Below, one piece after another: positions 27,870 to 38,184 of a stretch of 64,000 nt of DNA. The DNA comes from Chlamydia trachomatis. GTDB lineage: Bacteria > Chlamydiota > Chlamydiia > Chlamydiales > 2-12-FULL-49-11. A program made the translations under genes and the position numbers. A model generated the notes under the pieces. That model saw nothing but the letters and a program-made list of their open reading frames with translations, made no database searches and was not told the origin of the DNA. Each line of letters begins with the position of its first letter. The stretch's first letter is position 1. The stretch is taken from assembly GCA_945872565.1 (NCBI GenBank), contig CAMBZN010000009.1, positions 2,420 to 66,419 of the forward strand, read 5' to 3'.

Positions 27870-30419
27870 TTGGCTGAGCTAAATTTAGAAAAAGAAGTAA
27901 AGATCATGGTGCAACAGGTTAAGCATTATATCATTACTACTATGGGAAAGACTGTTGTAGATGCAACAGATGAGGAGGTGTTTCGCGCCTTAGCATATGT
28001 TTTAAGAGAACAAGTGATGATCCATTGGGCAGCAACTGGCCATACTTTTAACACAAAAAAGGTTCGAAAAGTCTATTACCTATCTTTAGAATGGCTTCCT
28101 GGAAGAATTTCAGTAAACAATATTATCAATATTTCCAATGTTGATTTAGTGAACAAGGTATTAAAGGCACTAGGAAAGGATTTTCAGACAATTTTATCAA
28201 AAGAGCCTGAACCAGGGTTAGGAAACGGGGGTCTTGGAAGACTTGCAGCATGCTTTTTAGATTCCTTAGCAACTCATCACTACCCAGTGATGGGATTTGG
28301 ATTAAGATATCAATATGGGATTTTTGAGCAAGCTTTGTGGGCTGGGGTCCAAATCGAAAGAAGTGATGGATGGCTTTTAAATGAATACCCATGGGAGCTT
28401 CGTCGAGACAATTATGCTGTTACTGTTCCTTATTATGGTTCTATTGTAGAAAAGAAAAACAAGCATGATGAGATAGTGTCGGCTGTTGCCAACCAAAATG
28501 AAGTTCGAGCTATTCCCTTTGATATTCCTATTGTCGGATATGGGGGGGATACTGATTACTCCGCTTTAACTCTCCGTTTATGGACAACTAAAGAATCACC
28601 GAAAAATTTTGCCATCTCAAGTTTTAATGATGGCAATATTGCTGATGCTGTTATTAATACATCACTTACTGACGTGCTTTATCCAAATGATAAGAATATG
28701 CTTGGCTTTATTATGAGAATCAAGCAGGAATTTTTACTTGTTTCGGCCTCTTTGCAAAATATCGTTAAGCAGCACTTAGATGTTTATGGAACAATGGATG
28801 AATTTCATGATAAAGTACGCATTCAAATTAATGATACCCATCCAGCTTTTATTATCGCAGAGCTGATGCGAGTGTTAACAAAAGATTATGAAATAAAATT
28901 TGCAGATGCTTTTGCCATTGTGCAAGAGGTGTGTAGTTATACTAACCATACTGTTCTTAGAGAGTCTTTAGAGGAATGGGATGCCTATCGAATCAAAGAG
29001 ATATTGCCGGCACAATATCAAATGATAGAGCGAATTAATTATATGTTCTGCAATCAATTAAGAGCTATTTATCCTGGGGATGAGGCAAAAGTTAGTTGGA
29101 TGTCCATACTGGAAAATGGAAGAATTAAAATGGCAAATCTTGCCATTGTGGGATGCCATAAAGTTAATGGAGTGGCTGCTTTACACACAGAAATCATCAA
29201 GAAGAAGCTGTTTGCAGATTTTGCAATGACTACACCTGAAAAATTCATTAATATCACAAATGGGGTCACACAAAGACGGTGGTTATACAAGTGTAATCCC
29301 GCTCTTTCAACATTCTTGATTGATTTAATCGGAGATGGGTGGATAAAAGATCTCAGTCAAATAGAAAAGCTAAAAGAGCATATTGGGAAAGAAGAAGTTT
29401 GGAAGCGCTTTTTAGAAATTAAGCAAACAAACAAAAAGCGAATGATAGAAAATTTGCAGCAACTTAAAAGGGACAAGGGGTTAACAGAAGAGGAGATTAA
29501 AAAGGAGCTCTTTTTTGATACAGATGCAATGTTTGATGTACAAATTAAGAGAATTCATGAGTACAAAAGACAACTCATGAATGCTTTGCATGTTCTTATT
29601 TTGTACAAAAGAATTAAAAAGGACCCATCGAGTGCGATCATCAAAAGAAAAGTAGTTATCGGAGGGAAGGCAGCGCCAGGGTATGAAATGGCTAAAAACA
29701 TCATCCGTTTTATTTATATTCTTTCAAGAAAAATTCATGATGATCCAGTAGTTTCAGAACATTTAAGACTTGTTTATGTAGAAAATTACAATGTTGCAAA
29801 AGCGGAGATAATTATACCAGCAGCAGACCTTTCAGAACAAATTTCAACAGCTTCAATGGAGGCCTCTGGAACAAGTAACATGAAAATGGCTTTAAATGGA
29901 GCACTTACAATTGGTACTGATGATGGAGCAAATGTGGAGATGAGAGAGGCTGTTGGTGAAGAAAATTGGCCATTTTTATTTGGATATAGCTCTGATCAAG
30001 TGAATAAAATCAAAGAAGAAAACACTTATTGTGCCCAAAAAATACTCGATGATAACCCAGAAATTGCAGAGGCGATGGGGGCTTTAAAAGACGGCTCTTT
30101 GGTAGATAATCAAGCTGAAGGGGATGTGTTACTATCTATTTATAATAGTCTTATTGTTAGTCAAGATCGATATTTAGTTCTTGCAGATCTCCCAGATTAT
30201 TTACGTGTTCAAAGTAAAGCAGAAAGACTCTTTCTTGATAAAGAAAAATGGGCAAAAATGGCTTTATATAATATGGCCTCCATGGGGACGTTTTCATCAG
30301 ATGTTTCTGTAAAAAATTATGCAGAAAAAATCTGGAAGATTGAGCCCTGCCCAATAAGTCAGGATGAGCTTGCTAAAATACGTGCCGATTTTCTTGATTC
30401 AGATCGTTGCAATATTTAA
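27870..30419 (+). CDS. glgP: glycogen phosphorylase
   Basis: GLGNGGLGRLAACFLDS, INDTHP, TNGVTQRRW, KRIHEYKRQ, EASGTSNMK. Confidence 0.98.
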   Translation: MAELNLEKEVKIMVQQVKHYIITTMGKTVVDATDEEVFRALAYVLREQVMIHWAATGHTFNTKKVRKVYYLSLEWLPGRISVNNIINISNVDLVNKVLKALGKDFQTILSKEPEPGLGNGGLGRLAACFLDSLATHHYPVMGFGLRYQYGIFEQALWAGVQIERSDGWLLNEYPWELRRDNYAVTVPYYGSIVEKKNKHDEIVSAVANQNEVRAIPFDIPIVGYGGDTDYSALTLRLWTTKESPKNFAISSFNDGNIADAVINTSLTDVLYPNDKNMLGFIMRIKQEFLLVSASLQNIVKQHLDVYGTMDEFHDKVRIQINDTHPAFIIAELMRVLTKDYEIKFADAFAIVQEVCSYTNHTVLRESLEEWDAYRIKEILPAQYQMIERINYMFCNQLRAIYPGDEAKVSWMSILENGRIKMANLAIVGCHKVNGVAALHTEIIKKKLFADFAMTTPEKFINITNGVTQRRWLYKCNPALSTFLIDLIGDGWIKDLSQIEKLKEHIGKEEVWKRFLEIKQTNKKRMIENLQQLKRDKGLTEEEIKKELFFDTDAMFDVQIKRIHEYKRQLMNALHVLILYKRIKKDPSSAIIKRKVVIGGKAAPGYEMAKNIIRFIYILSRKIHDDPVVSEHLRLVYVENYNVAKAEIIIPAADLSEQISTASMEASGTSNMKMALNGALTIGTDDGANVEMREAVGEENWPFLFGYSSDQVNKIKEENTYCAQKILDDNPEIAEAMGALKDGSLVDNQAEGDVLLSIYNSLIVSQDRYLVLADLPDYLRVQSKAERLFLDKEKWAKMALYNMASMGTFSSDVSVKNYAEKIWKIEPCPISQDELAKIRADFLDSDRCNI

Positions 30420-30447
30420 TTAGGTTAGAGTAAATTGAGAGAAAAAA

Positions 30448-31191
30448 CTAGAGAATAAGACCCCATTTTTCAAGAAGCTTTTCGTAAGCGCCGGTATCAA
30501 TCAGCCGAGCAAGCTTTTTGTTAAAGGTTTGCTTTACTACATTGCATCGATCATTAAGAGATAACAGATAAAGGCCCCGAGAGGTGAGCTTTGTGGGGTT
30601 GATTTTTAAAAGACTTCGATATTCTGGAGAAAGATGAGAGGATAGAAGAATATAAGGAATAATGGCGCCATCAATTTTCATCGTAACAATGTCTTCTAGT
30701 GCTTGCGGGATATAATTATAGTAGGTGAGATTAATCATAGGATAGCCAGAGAAAAGAGTGAGCAGAAACGGTTCATCTTCTATAGCGATGAGTTTTCCAG
30801 TGAAATTTCTGTAGTCAAGACTTGATGCTCCAAGTCTTGTTACAAAAACATCGCCAAGAGAGAGAAACATACTTGTGTAATTAAACTGTTCTCTATTTTC
30901 CAAGGTTTGAGAAAGAGATGAGACAATAAAATCTACTTTGCAATTGTCTACATGATCAACCATGTTGTCATAGGAAAGGGTCACATACCTAATGTTAAAG
31001 GGGGTGTTTTGGAAGATCACTTCCAAAAGCTCATTGGTAAAAGCATAGACAGATGCTTGTTTATTACCAATTGGACTCATTGCAAAAGTAGGATCAATGC
31101 CTATAGAAATCACACGCTTTGGAGTCCATGTAGAACAGGCTGCAAAGAGAATAAGCAAGAGTACCGAAAGTTTTTTGGCCATAAAAAACAT
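30448..31191 (-). CDS. amino-acid ABC transporter substrate-binding lipoprotein (SBP family 3)
   Basis: Lipobox FAAC, IGIDPTF, VDFIVS, IDGAI, GAYEKLLEKWGL. Confidence 0.8.
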   Translation of the reverse strand: MFFMAKKLSVLLLILFAACSTWTPKRVISIGIDPTFAMSPIGNKQASVYAFTNELLEVIFQNTPFNIRYVTLSYDNMVDHVDNCKVDFIVSSLSQTLENREQFNYTSMFLSLGDVFVTRLGASSLDYRNFTGKLIAIEDEPFLLTLFSGYPMINLTYYNYIPQALEDIVTMKIDGAIIPYILLSSHLSPEYRSLLKINPTKLTSRGLYLLSLNDRCNVVKQTFNKKLARLIDTGAYEKLLEKWGLIL

Positions 31192-31202
31192 GTACCATCA
31201 AT

Positions 31203-32630
31203 TTATTTTATAAACAATGAGAAAAAGAAATAAATAACTATTGTGAAAAGTGCGGAGAAAGGGATAGTGATGATCCAGGAAAGAAAAATATCTCTGATTA
31301 GATGGAGATTTAACGATGCCAACCCTTTTGCAAGACCTACTCCAAGAACAGCGCCAACAATTGCATGCGTTGTAGAGATAGGAATCCCCAATTTACTGGC
31401 AATAAGGATGGTAGATGCTGCTGCAAATTCTGCAGAAAATCCCCTGGTGGGTGTTAACTGAGTGATCTTATTTCCAATTGTCTCAATCACTTTAAAGCCA
31501 TAGGTTGCAAGGCCAATAACAATCCCTGTGCCACCAAAAAGGAGCAATGGAAAGGAAATGGTTGTAGATTTCATAAGGGAGGTGGGGTCTTTTACAACAT
31601 CAATGATAGCAGATACTGGACCTATTGCGTTTGCAACGTCATTAGAACCATGAGCAAAGGCAACAAAGCAAGCTGTTAGAACCTGTAATATAGCAAAAAT
31701 TGACTCAGCACCCTTATAATCAGCAGCAAGTTCGGTTTCAAACTCTGCTTTATCGTGTGCTTCTTTGATCAACCCATCTGTTTGCACAATAAGGGCAGAC
31801 ATCTGCTCTTTGGAACTATCTTCTCGGGTGGCAAGCTTTGCTCTTATGAGATGTTTTTGTACTTTTAGTAATGAATATAGCCGTCTATCTTGTTTTGCAG
31901 CCAAAATATAGCTCATTTTTGCATTCTTTGTCCCTGATCTACAAACAAATCCAATAATTATTGCACCAATCATACTAACAAAAATAGAGACAAGTAATGT
32001 TAGGTAGTAGGGCATTTCTATATGCATACTTTTAATTCCTCCAAGTAAGATGGAAAGGCAAAAAGTCATCAAGACAATAAACACAAAAATAGGCGCAAGA
32101 CGCTTAGTTGCAAGCAGTGGATTGAATGAATGTAAAATTTTTCTTTGGATAAAGGTGAAAAAGATAAAGGAGAGAACTCCAGCAATGGTGGGAGAAACAA
32201 CCCACGTAAGAGCAATTTTTCCAACCTCAGCCCATTGCACTGCCTGAAAGCCCCCCACCAAAATTCCAAATCCCATTACAGATCCAACGATAGAATGAGT
32301 GGTAGAGACAGGCCATTTAAATAAGGTTGCTATTTGTAGCCAAAGAGCTGTGCCAAGCAATGCCGATAACATCCCTACGATAAATACGTCAGGGATATTG
32401 GCAAAAATTTTAGGATCAATAATGCCTTTTTGGATGGTCTCAGAAACATTGGATCCGAGAATAAAAGCTCCACTAAATTCTAAGAGCGCTGCAATTAAAA
32501 TTGCCCGTTTTAGAGTAATAGCTCCTGATCCCACAGATGTTCCAACAGCATTTGCAACATCGTTTGCTCCAATGTTCCATAACATGTAAAAACCAATGAT
32601 TAATGCTAGGGAGATGAGAAATATTTCCAT
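31203..32630 (-). CDS. pitA: inorganic phosphate transporter, PiT family
   Basis: GANDVANA, PVSTTHS, HGSNDVANAIGP, PISTTH; start moved to MEIFL. Confidence 0.93.
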   Translation of the reverse strand: MEIFLISLALIIGFYMLWNIGANDVANAVGTSVGSGAITLKRAILIAALLEFSGAFILGSNVSETIQKGIIDPKIFANIPDVFIVGMLSALLGTALWLQIATLFKWPVSTTHSIVGSVMGFGILVGGFQAVQWAEVGKIALTWVVSPTIAGVLSFIFFTFIQRKILHSFNPLLATKRLAPIFVFIVLMTFCLSILLGGIKSMHIEMPYYLTLLVSIFVSMIGAIIIGFVCRSGTKNAKMSYILAAKQDRRLYSLLKVQKHLIRAKLATREDSSKEQMSALIVQTDGLIKEAHDKAEFETELAADYKGAESIFAILQVLTACFVAFAHGSNDVANAIGPVSAIIDVVKDPTSLMKSTTISFPLLLFGGTGIVIGLATYGFKVIETIGNKITQLTPTRGFSAEFAAASTILIASKLGIPISTTHAIVGAVLGVGLAKGLASLNLHLIRDIFLSWIITIPFSALFTIVIYFFFSLFIK

Positions 32631-32634
32631 AAAA

Positions 32635-33309
32635 TCACTTTGCGTTGAGTAACATTCCAATTCTAAGAGCTTCTTTTTCAGCCAAGTAAGAAATTTTCCC
32701 AATTTCTTCGATAAAATTTAACCACAAGATGAAATCTGCAAAATGGATTTCTTGACTTAGTGTAAAAAGTCTTTTCTTCAGTTCCTTTTTGATGATATCA
32801 GCCTGTTGTTCTTTTAAAGAAATTTCATGAATTTGATTTCTCATTTTAAGTGCTACAGGTCCTCCAAAAGAGGCCTCTACTAACATATCAAGATCAAAAA
32901 CCATCCCTTTTAAGATCCACGTAGCATCTAAGTTTGTGTGGATAAATTCAGTGAGAATATCTTCCAGAATAGGCAAGGTGGGGAGTTTTTTTAAGATGAG
33001 GATATCAGCGATATCTTCAGCAATATCAGCTATATGGTCTTGAAGAGTGAGAATCTCCAAAAAATTAATCCTATCTACAGAAAAAAAATAGCTTTTGGGC
33101 AAAGAGGATCTTATATCATTTTTTATAAGATCTGCTTCGTACTCAAGTTCAGAAATCTTTTTTACTATCGGTTCAAGTTTGTTTAATTCTGATCCGATCC
33201 TTGCCTTGCAAAGTTCTTCAAGTTTTGTAAGACATGCACAAGTTTTTTCCATGTGCAGCTGTAAATGCGAAAAGGGAGTTTTGGGAATTAGCTTTGAAAG
33301 TATATACAT
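32635..33309 (-). CDS. DUF47/PhoU-like phosphate transport regulator
   Basis: PFSHLQLHM, LEYEADLIKNDIR, LQDHIAD; upstream of pit. Confidence 0.9.
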   Translation of the reverse strand: MYILSKLIPKTPFSHLQLHMEKTCACLTKLEELCKARIGSELNKLEPIVKKISELEYEADLIKNDIRSSLPKSYFFSVDRINFLEILTLQDHIADIAEDIADILILKKLPTLPILEDILTEFIHTNLDATWILKGMVFDLDMLVEASFGGPVALKMRNQIHEISLKEQQADIIKKELKKRLFTLSQEIHFADFILWLNFIEEIGKISYLAEKEALRIGMLLNAK

Positions 33310-33312
33310 TGA

Positions 33313-34059
33313 TTAAATCTTATGATGCAAAGGCTTTTTATTGCTAGATTTTTTTTCAAATATTGCGCTTTTTTCTGCATTAGACAAGATTCTATAAGCA
33401 CCCCTTGGCATAGGGCCAAGTTCAAGGTTGCCTAAACGGATTCTCTTTAGTCCTGCAATATTTAATCCGGTTCTAGAAACTAAAAGTCGCACTTCGTGCT
33501 TTCTTCCTTCCATTACAGTAATTGAAATCACCTTTCTTTTTTCTTTAAACACAGCAACAGGGGTCACTTTTTTCCCTTCGATATAGGTTCCTTTTCGAAT
33601 TTTTTCAATGTCTGATTGCAGCACTTCTTCTTTAGTGGTAACCATATATTGTCTTTCAATATTTGAAGAGGGGTGCATGACTAAATTTGCAAAGTCCCCT
33701 TCAGAAGTTACTAAAATAAGCCCTTCAGTGTTCTTATCAAGACGTCCAACGGTAAAAAGACGGGCCTTTCTATCCCTAATTAGGTCAATTGCCAGTTTGT
33801 CATTTTCATCATACCCCTTGCAGCTGCAGATATAACCAGCTGGTTTGTTCAAAACATAGGTGATTTGCTTAGCAGGTTTTTTTGAAATTGGCTTTCCATC
33901 AACAGATATAAAGTCTTTTTTTGGATCAGCAGTTGTTCCAAGCAGGGTACAAATTGACCCATTAACACTAACTCTTCCATCCTCGATGAGCATATCAGAG
34001 TTTCTGCGACTTGCAATTCCTGCAGTAGCAAGAATTTTATTGAGACGAATTTTTTCCAT
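33313..34059 (-). CDS. rluB: 23S rRNA pseudouridine synthase (RluB/RsuA family)
   Basis: S4 domain RLNKILA..GIASRR, LNKP, VGRLDKNTEGL, EGRKHEVR. Confidence 0.88.
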   Translation of the reverse strand: MEKIRLNKILATAGIASRRNSDMLIEDGRVSVNGSICTLLGTTADPKKDFISVDGKPISKKPAKQITYVLNKPAGYICSCKGYDENDKLAIDLIRDRKARLFTVGRLDKNTEGLILVTSEGDFANLVMHPSSNIERQYMVTTKEEVLQSDIEKIRKGTYIEGKKVTPVAVFKEKRKVISITVMEGRKHEVRLLVSRTGLNIAGLKRIRLGNLELGPMPRGAYRILSNAEKSAIFEKKSSNKKPLHHKI

Positions 34060-34134
34060 ACAAAGATAGTTTTCCCTATTTTTTATGGTATATGGTACCA
34101 TAAGGTCAAATTTACAAAAAGCGAAAGTGACAGT

Positions 34135-34794
34135 ATGGGAAAACTAATTCTTGTAAGGCATGGAAATTCTGTGTGGAATCAAAAAAATATCTTTACTGGA
34201 TGGGTAGATGTCTCCCTTTCAAAAAAGGGAGTTTCGGAGGCATCAGAGGCAGGAAAGGCTCTTGCAAACGTTAAATTTGATTCTATTTTTACCTCTACGC
34301 TCTCTCGAGCGATCATGACTTTGCAATTATTAATGCTTGAAAATCACGATGAAAGGACTTTAATTTTAAATCATCCAGAAGGGGAAAGGTTCACCCACGG
34401 GGTGGATTTACAAACAAGTATTCTTGCTGAGTGCGCAGAGCAACTAAATGAGAGGTATTATGGAGATCTTCAGGGGAAAAACAAAGACTGGGTAAAGGCA
34501 AATCTTGGAAGGGATAGGTTTAATGAGGTTCGAAGAAGTTTTGCAATTGCCCCTCCAAATGGGGAAAGCTTACAAATGACAGTTGAAAGAACTCTCCCTT
34601 ATTTTAATGCGGCAATTTTACCAAGAGTGAAAATGGGCGAGGTAGTGCTAGTAGTAGCCCATGGAAACTCACTAAGAGGGATTATAAAGGAGGTGATGAA
34701 CATCTCTGATGATCAGATTGTAAAACTTGAAATTGAAACTGGACATCCTTTATTTTTTGAATTTTTTGACGGAAGTTTTAGGAGAGAAGGATAA
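34135..34794 (+). CDS. gpmA: 2,3-BPG-dependent phosphoglycerate mutase
   Basis: LVRHG, FTGWVDV, LNERYYGDLQG, PPNGESL, AHGNSLR. Confidence 0.96.
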   Translation: MGKLILVRHGNSVWNQKNIFTGWVDVSLSKKGVSEASEAGKALANVKFDSIFTSTLSRAIMTLQLLMLENHDERTLILNHPEGERFTHGVDLQTSILAECAEQLNERYYGDLQGKNKDWVKANLGRDRFNEVRRSFAIAPPNGESLQMTVERTLPYFNAAILPRVKMGEVVLVVAHGNSLRGIIKEVMNISDDQIVKLEIETGHPLFFEFFDGSFRREG

Positions 34795-35723
34795 TGACAA
34801 ATTTTTTTATAGAGAGAAAGGCAACGGCTAAAAAAGTGCTAAAAGCAAAAGAGGCAATTTCAGATTTGATAGGAGCTAAAAAAGCAACTACCTTGGCGTT
34901 TTTTCCTTCTATGGAAGAGGTCTATCTTAAAGTGATTTATGAAATTTTGATGCCAAGGGCCCAGCGCACCGGGAGAAATGAAATCTTAGTGCCTAAAGGG
35001 GAATCAGCCCCCATGCTAAGAGCATTAAAAGGGGCAGGCCGGCTGGGATTAAGCTTTAAAGAAGTAGAGCTCGAAAATTTAAAAGAGTCAGTATCTAAAC
35101 GCACTCTTAGTGTAATGATGTCTTGGTGTGAAGAATTTTCAGGTAAAATCCATCCGATGTTCCAAGTTGCAAACATTTGTGAGGAAGAGGAGTTATTTTT
35201 ATTTGTGAATGCAACCGAAAGTGTTGGAAAGGTGTTTTTTAGATTTCAAACAAGTAAGATTTCAATGATTGCTTTTACACATGGACAAATGGCTTGTGTT
35301 GCAGCTGATTATCCCCAAATGAAAGTTGATGCCTGGGGAGAGAACTTTGATCTAGAGAATTTTTACGCAATGGCAACGTTTGCTCAAGAGCAATTAGAGA
35401 TGATGGATTCAGGTCCCATGGAATATTCACTGATTAAGAATGAAATCATTGATCGAGTGGAAAATGGCCCTCTTGCCTGTAATTTTTTAAATAAAGGGGC
35501 AAAATTTCTTTATGATCGATGGGTTTTTTCTTTTGATGGAGTGCTAGCGGAAAATTTAGCATACTTGTTAAGAGAGAGAGGGATTTTTGTTGATCAGCTT
35601 TACGGCTCAAAAGATGCTGTTTGCTTACGATTTGATCTAACAAGATCTAAAACACAGATTTTGGAGAGGTGGGATACTATTATTGAAACAGCAAAGTCAA
35701 TCAAGGAGTTTTCAAATGTCTGA
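34794..35723 (+). CDS. degenerate IscS/NifS-like class V aminotransferase-fold protein
   Basis: SW...SGKIHP, FVNATESVGK, ENLAYLL; synteny gpmA-nifS-nifU; PLP Lys and catalytic Cys motifs not found. Confidence 0.7.
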   Translation: MTNFFIERKATAKKVLKAKEAISDLIGAKKATTLAFFPSMEEVYLKVIYEILMPRAQRTGRNEILVPKGESAPMLRALKGAGRLGLSFKEVELENLKESVSKRTLSVMMSWCEEFSGKIHPMFQVANICEEEELFLFVNATESVGKVFFRFQTSKISMIAFTHGQMACVAADYPQMKVDAWGENFDLENFYAMATFAQEQLEMMDSGPMEYSLIKNEIIDRVENGPLACNFLNKGAKFLYDRWVFSFDGVLAENLAYLLRERGIFVDQLYGSKDAVCLRFDLTRSKTQILERWDTIIETAKSIKEFSNV

Positions 35724-36465
35724 AGAAAAATACCACCACATGTTTTGGGATTTGTACAGCGATAAAATGCACAAATTGATTGTCAGCCGGCCTCATGCAC
35801 GAAAATGCGAGGGGAAAGAATTTTTTCATCAAAAGCTGGCAATTAGCTACAAAATAGACTTGACATATGATGAGTTAAAAGAAATGTTTACGAGTATGAG
35901 CTATCAATTAAGCGGGCCTACCTTTATGATCGCATTTTTAGAAGGGATTTGCGAAATGGTCCTTAATAAAAAAGTCTCAACAGTTGCTCATTTTCGCGCT
36001 GACGATCTGTTGGAGACTCTCTTGGCCTATGAAATCACTGATCGATATACGGACGATGATATTAGTGATTATGTCCAGTACCTTTCACCTTACGCAAATC
36101 ATGTGATTGATGCACTGATGGCCCTTGTTGAGGAAATGGTCCCTATAAAATATACAACCCCTGAAGGGCTTAGTACTTTTGCGATCAATGGGGAGGGGGT
36201 AGAAAATTTCTTTGAGCTTGAAAAACCTACTCAAATTTCCCATTTAGAAAGAGTGTTGGAAAAAGACGTCCGACCTTATGTGAAACTTGATGATGGGAAC
36301 GTAAAAATTAAGGATTTGACTAAAAATGGAATTGTATTCATTGAATATGAAGGCAATTGCACCTCATGTCATGCAGCTGGGTCAACAACACTACACGCAA
36401 TTACAAGCATTTTAAAGGCAAAAGTGCATGAGAGATTGGAAGTGTTGCCTTTTCTTGGTTCTTAA
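35716..36465 (+). CDS. NifU-family protein
   Basis: C-terminal VRPYVKLDDGNV...YEGNCTSC Nfu domain. Confidence 0.85.
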   Translation: MSEEKYHHMFWDLYSDKMHKLIVSRPHARKCEGKEFFHQKLAISYKIDLTYDELKEMFTSMSYQLSGPTFMIAFLEGICEMVLNKKVSTVAHFRADDLLETLLAYEITDRYTDDDISDYVQYLSPYANHVIDALMALVEEMVPIKYTTPEGLSTFAINGEGVENFFELEKPTQISHLERVLEKDVRPYVKLDDGNVKIKDLTKNGIVFIEYEGNCTSCHAAGSTTLHAITSILKAKVHERLEVLPFLGS

Positions 36466-36480
36466 AAATCAGTTAAAGTG

Positions 36481-37170
36481 CTAGGCAGATATCTTTCTTG
36501 CTTTAAAACGAAAACCGCCATGCTCGCGCTCCTCTAACTTTAAAACTTTAAAGCCAGAATATTGGAGCAGGTTTGTCACAAATGTAGTCTCATTTGGGTA
36601 AAAATGTGCACCAAGCTTTTCCATAAACTCGATCACATTTGGATCGGTTCCCTCAGTAAAAATAGTTCCAATTAAAAGGCCGCCATCAGCAAGACATGCA
36701 TGGATCTTATCTATTGTAGATCTTAGGTTTGCTGGAGGGATATAGGGGAGGGTGTCAATTACAAGAGCAAGATCATAAGGGCCAAAATAGGAGCTAATAG
36801 TTACTAAATTTCCTTTGACTAAGCGAACATTTGCACTTGGACAAGATGCTTTTTTGCAGAACCTTTGAAAGGTCTTAAGCGATTCTTCAGAAGAGTCAAT
36901 TGCTGTTACATGAGCGCCTCCTAAAGCCATTGGAATTGAGTTTACACCCAATCCACATCCTATATCAACAACCCTTTTAGGAGGGTTTGCAAAGTGCTGT
37001 GCAGCAAAAATATCTGTCATAGTACAAGAAGAATACATTTTCCTTTGTGATTCGGATGCATTACCCATTTTTTTACCATTTATAACCACAATAGCTTCTG
37101 GATCAAAATGAGAGCTTTTTTTTGCTACTTCATTCCAAAATAATTCTATACCGATTTGTGTAGCTTCCAT
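36481..37170 (-). CDS. class I SAM-dependent methyltransferase
   Basis: VVDIGCGLG, VTAIDSS, YDL, LADGG. Confidence 0.88.
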   Translation of the reverse strand: MEATQIGIELFWNEVAKKSSHFDPEAIVVINGKKMGNASESQRKMYSSCTMTDIFAAQHFANPPKRVVDIGCGLGVNSIPMALGGAHVTAIDSSEESLKTFQRFCKKASCPSANVRLVKGNLVTISSYFGPYDLALVIDTLPYIPPANLRSTIDKIHACLADGGLLIGTIFTEGTDPNVIEFMEKLGAHFYPNETTFVTNLLQYSGFKVLKLEEREHGGFRFKARKISA

Positions 37171-37263
37171 CCTTACTCCTTACTTTTAAAAGTATCTAGG
37201 TCAAAAAGTATAGTAAAATCGAGATTTTTGTAAAGGATAAAATAATTTATGATAGGCGCTTTT

Positions 37264-37549
37264 TTAACTAACTTCGGAAGTGGAAGTATACCCTTGAATC
37301 CCAAATCCTCCTTCAATTAAAAATGTGCTAACACAAGCTATTGCAATCCATCCTGCAAGTTCTGCTACCAGTGTAGATACAAGTGCATAAAAAATTACAA
37401 GAGACCGAATGAATAAGGTCTCGAGATTTCTGAACCGACATTTGAAAAATTTCTTCGTTTATACTTGTAAGAGAGAACCTGGCTGCAGCCTTTGACTGTA
37501 AAACAGAACTTTGCGCAGCTGTTACTTCATCTGTATTGCTTGTGGTCAT
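37264..37549 (-). pseudogene. possible frameshifted small membrane protein
   Basis: MTTSNTDEVTAAQS frame is followed in another frame by hydrophobic LFIRSLVIFYALVSTLVAELAGWIAIACVSTFLI. Confidence 0.3.
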
Positions 37550-37628
37550 TGTAAAATCTACTATTATTTTATTATATACAAAAGGAGGAGAAGTCACTTA
37601 AATGATTGGTCGTTTGAAGTATAGTCGA

Positions 37629-38168
37629 TTAATTGGCTGTATGAAAAAATGGTAATTTTATTAGCGTAACTATTGCTACAAAGGTTGCAAGAGCTGTTAA
37701 TGTAGTCTCTACTGCGTCTGCTTTTATTGCAGCCCCTGCGATGATTGTAGTTACTGCTCCAAGGGGCGGGGCTAATGGTTGCCGGATTTCAAATCCTATG
37801 ATGGATCCTCCTATGCACCCTATCAAAGCATCTAATAGTATGTCATTGTACTCTATGGCAAAATCTCGGTTCACAGTCATAATGATTTGAAGGAAGAATA
37901 CTACTACGATCACTCCAAAAGTTGTTTGTTCTATTTCATTGTTTCTTATCATCGCTACAAGAGCTACTCTTATTGCCAAAACTATGGTTAATACTTGGAT
38001 GAGCTTTTCAACAAATTGGATGACATTTGAGGCTTTTTGCTGTGCAGAAGTCACATCTTGATTTAAGCAATCGCTGCATAAAATGGATAATGGATCTTGA
38101 TTTATTGGGCATGTGTCGAGAGAAATACTTAATCCGGTTGGTGATAATGGAAAAAATTGTAAGCTCAT
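37629..38168 (-). CDS. hypothetical multi-pass membrane protein
   Basis: Polar S/C/P-rich N-terminus followed by about four hydrophobic segments. Confidence 0.6.
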   Translation of the reverse strand: MSLQFFPLSPTGLSISLDTCPINQDPLSILCSDCLNQDVTSAQQKASNVIQFVEKLIQVLTIVLAIRVALVAMIRNNEIEQTTFGVIVVVFFLQIIMTVNRDFAIEYNDILLDALIGCIGGSIIGFEIRQPLAPPLGAVTTIIAGAAIKADAVETTLTALATFVAIVTLIKLPFFHTAN

Positions 38169-38184
38169 AAGTTTTGTATGGTTT

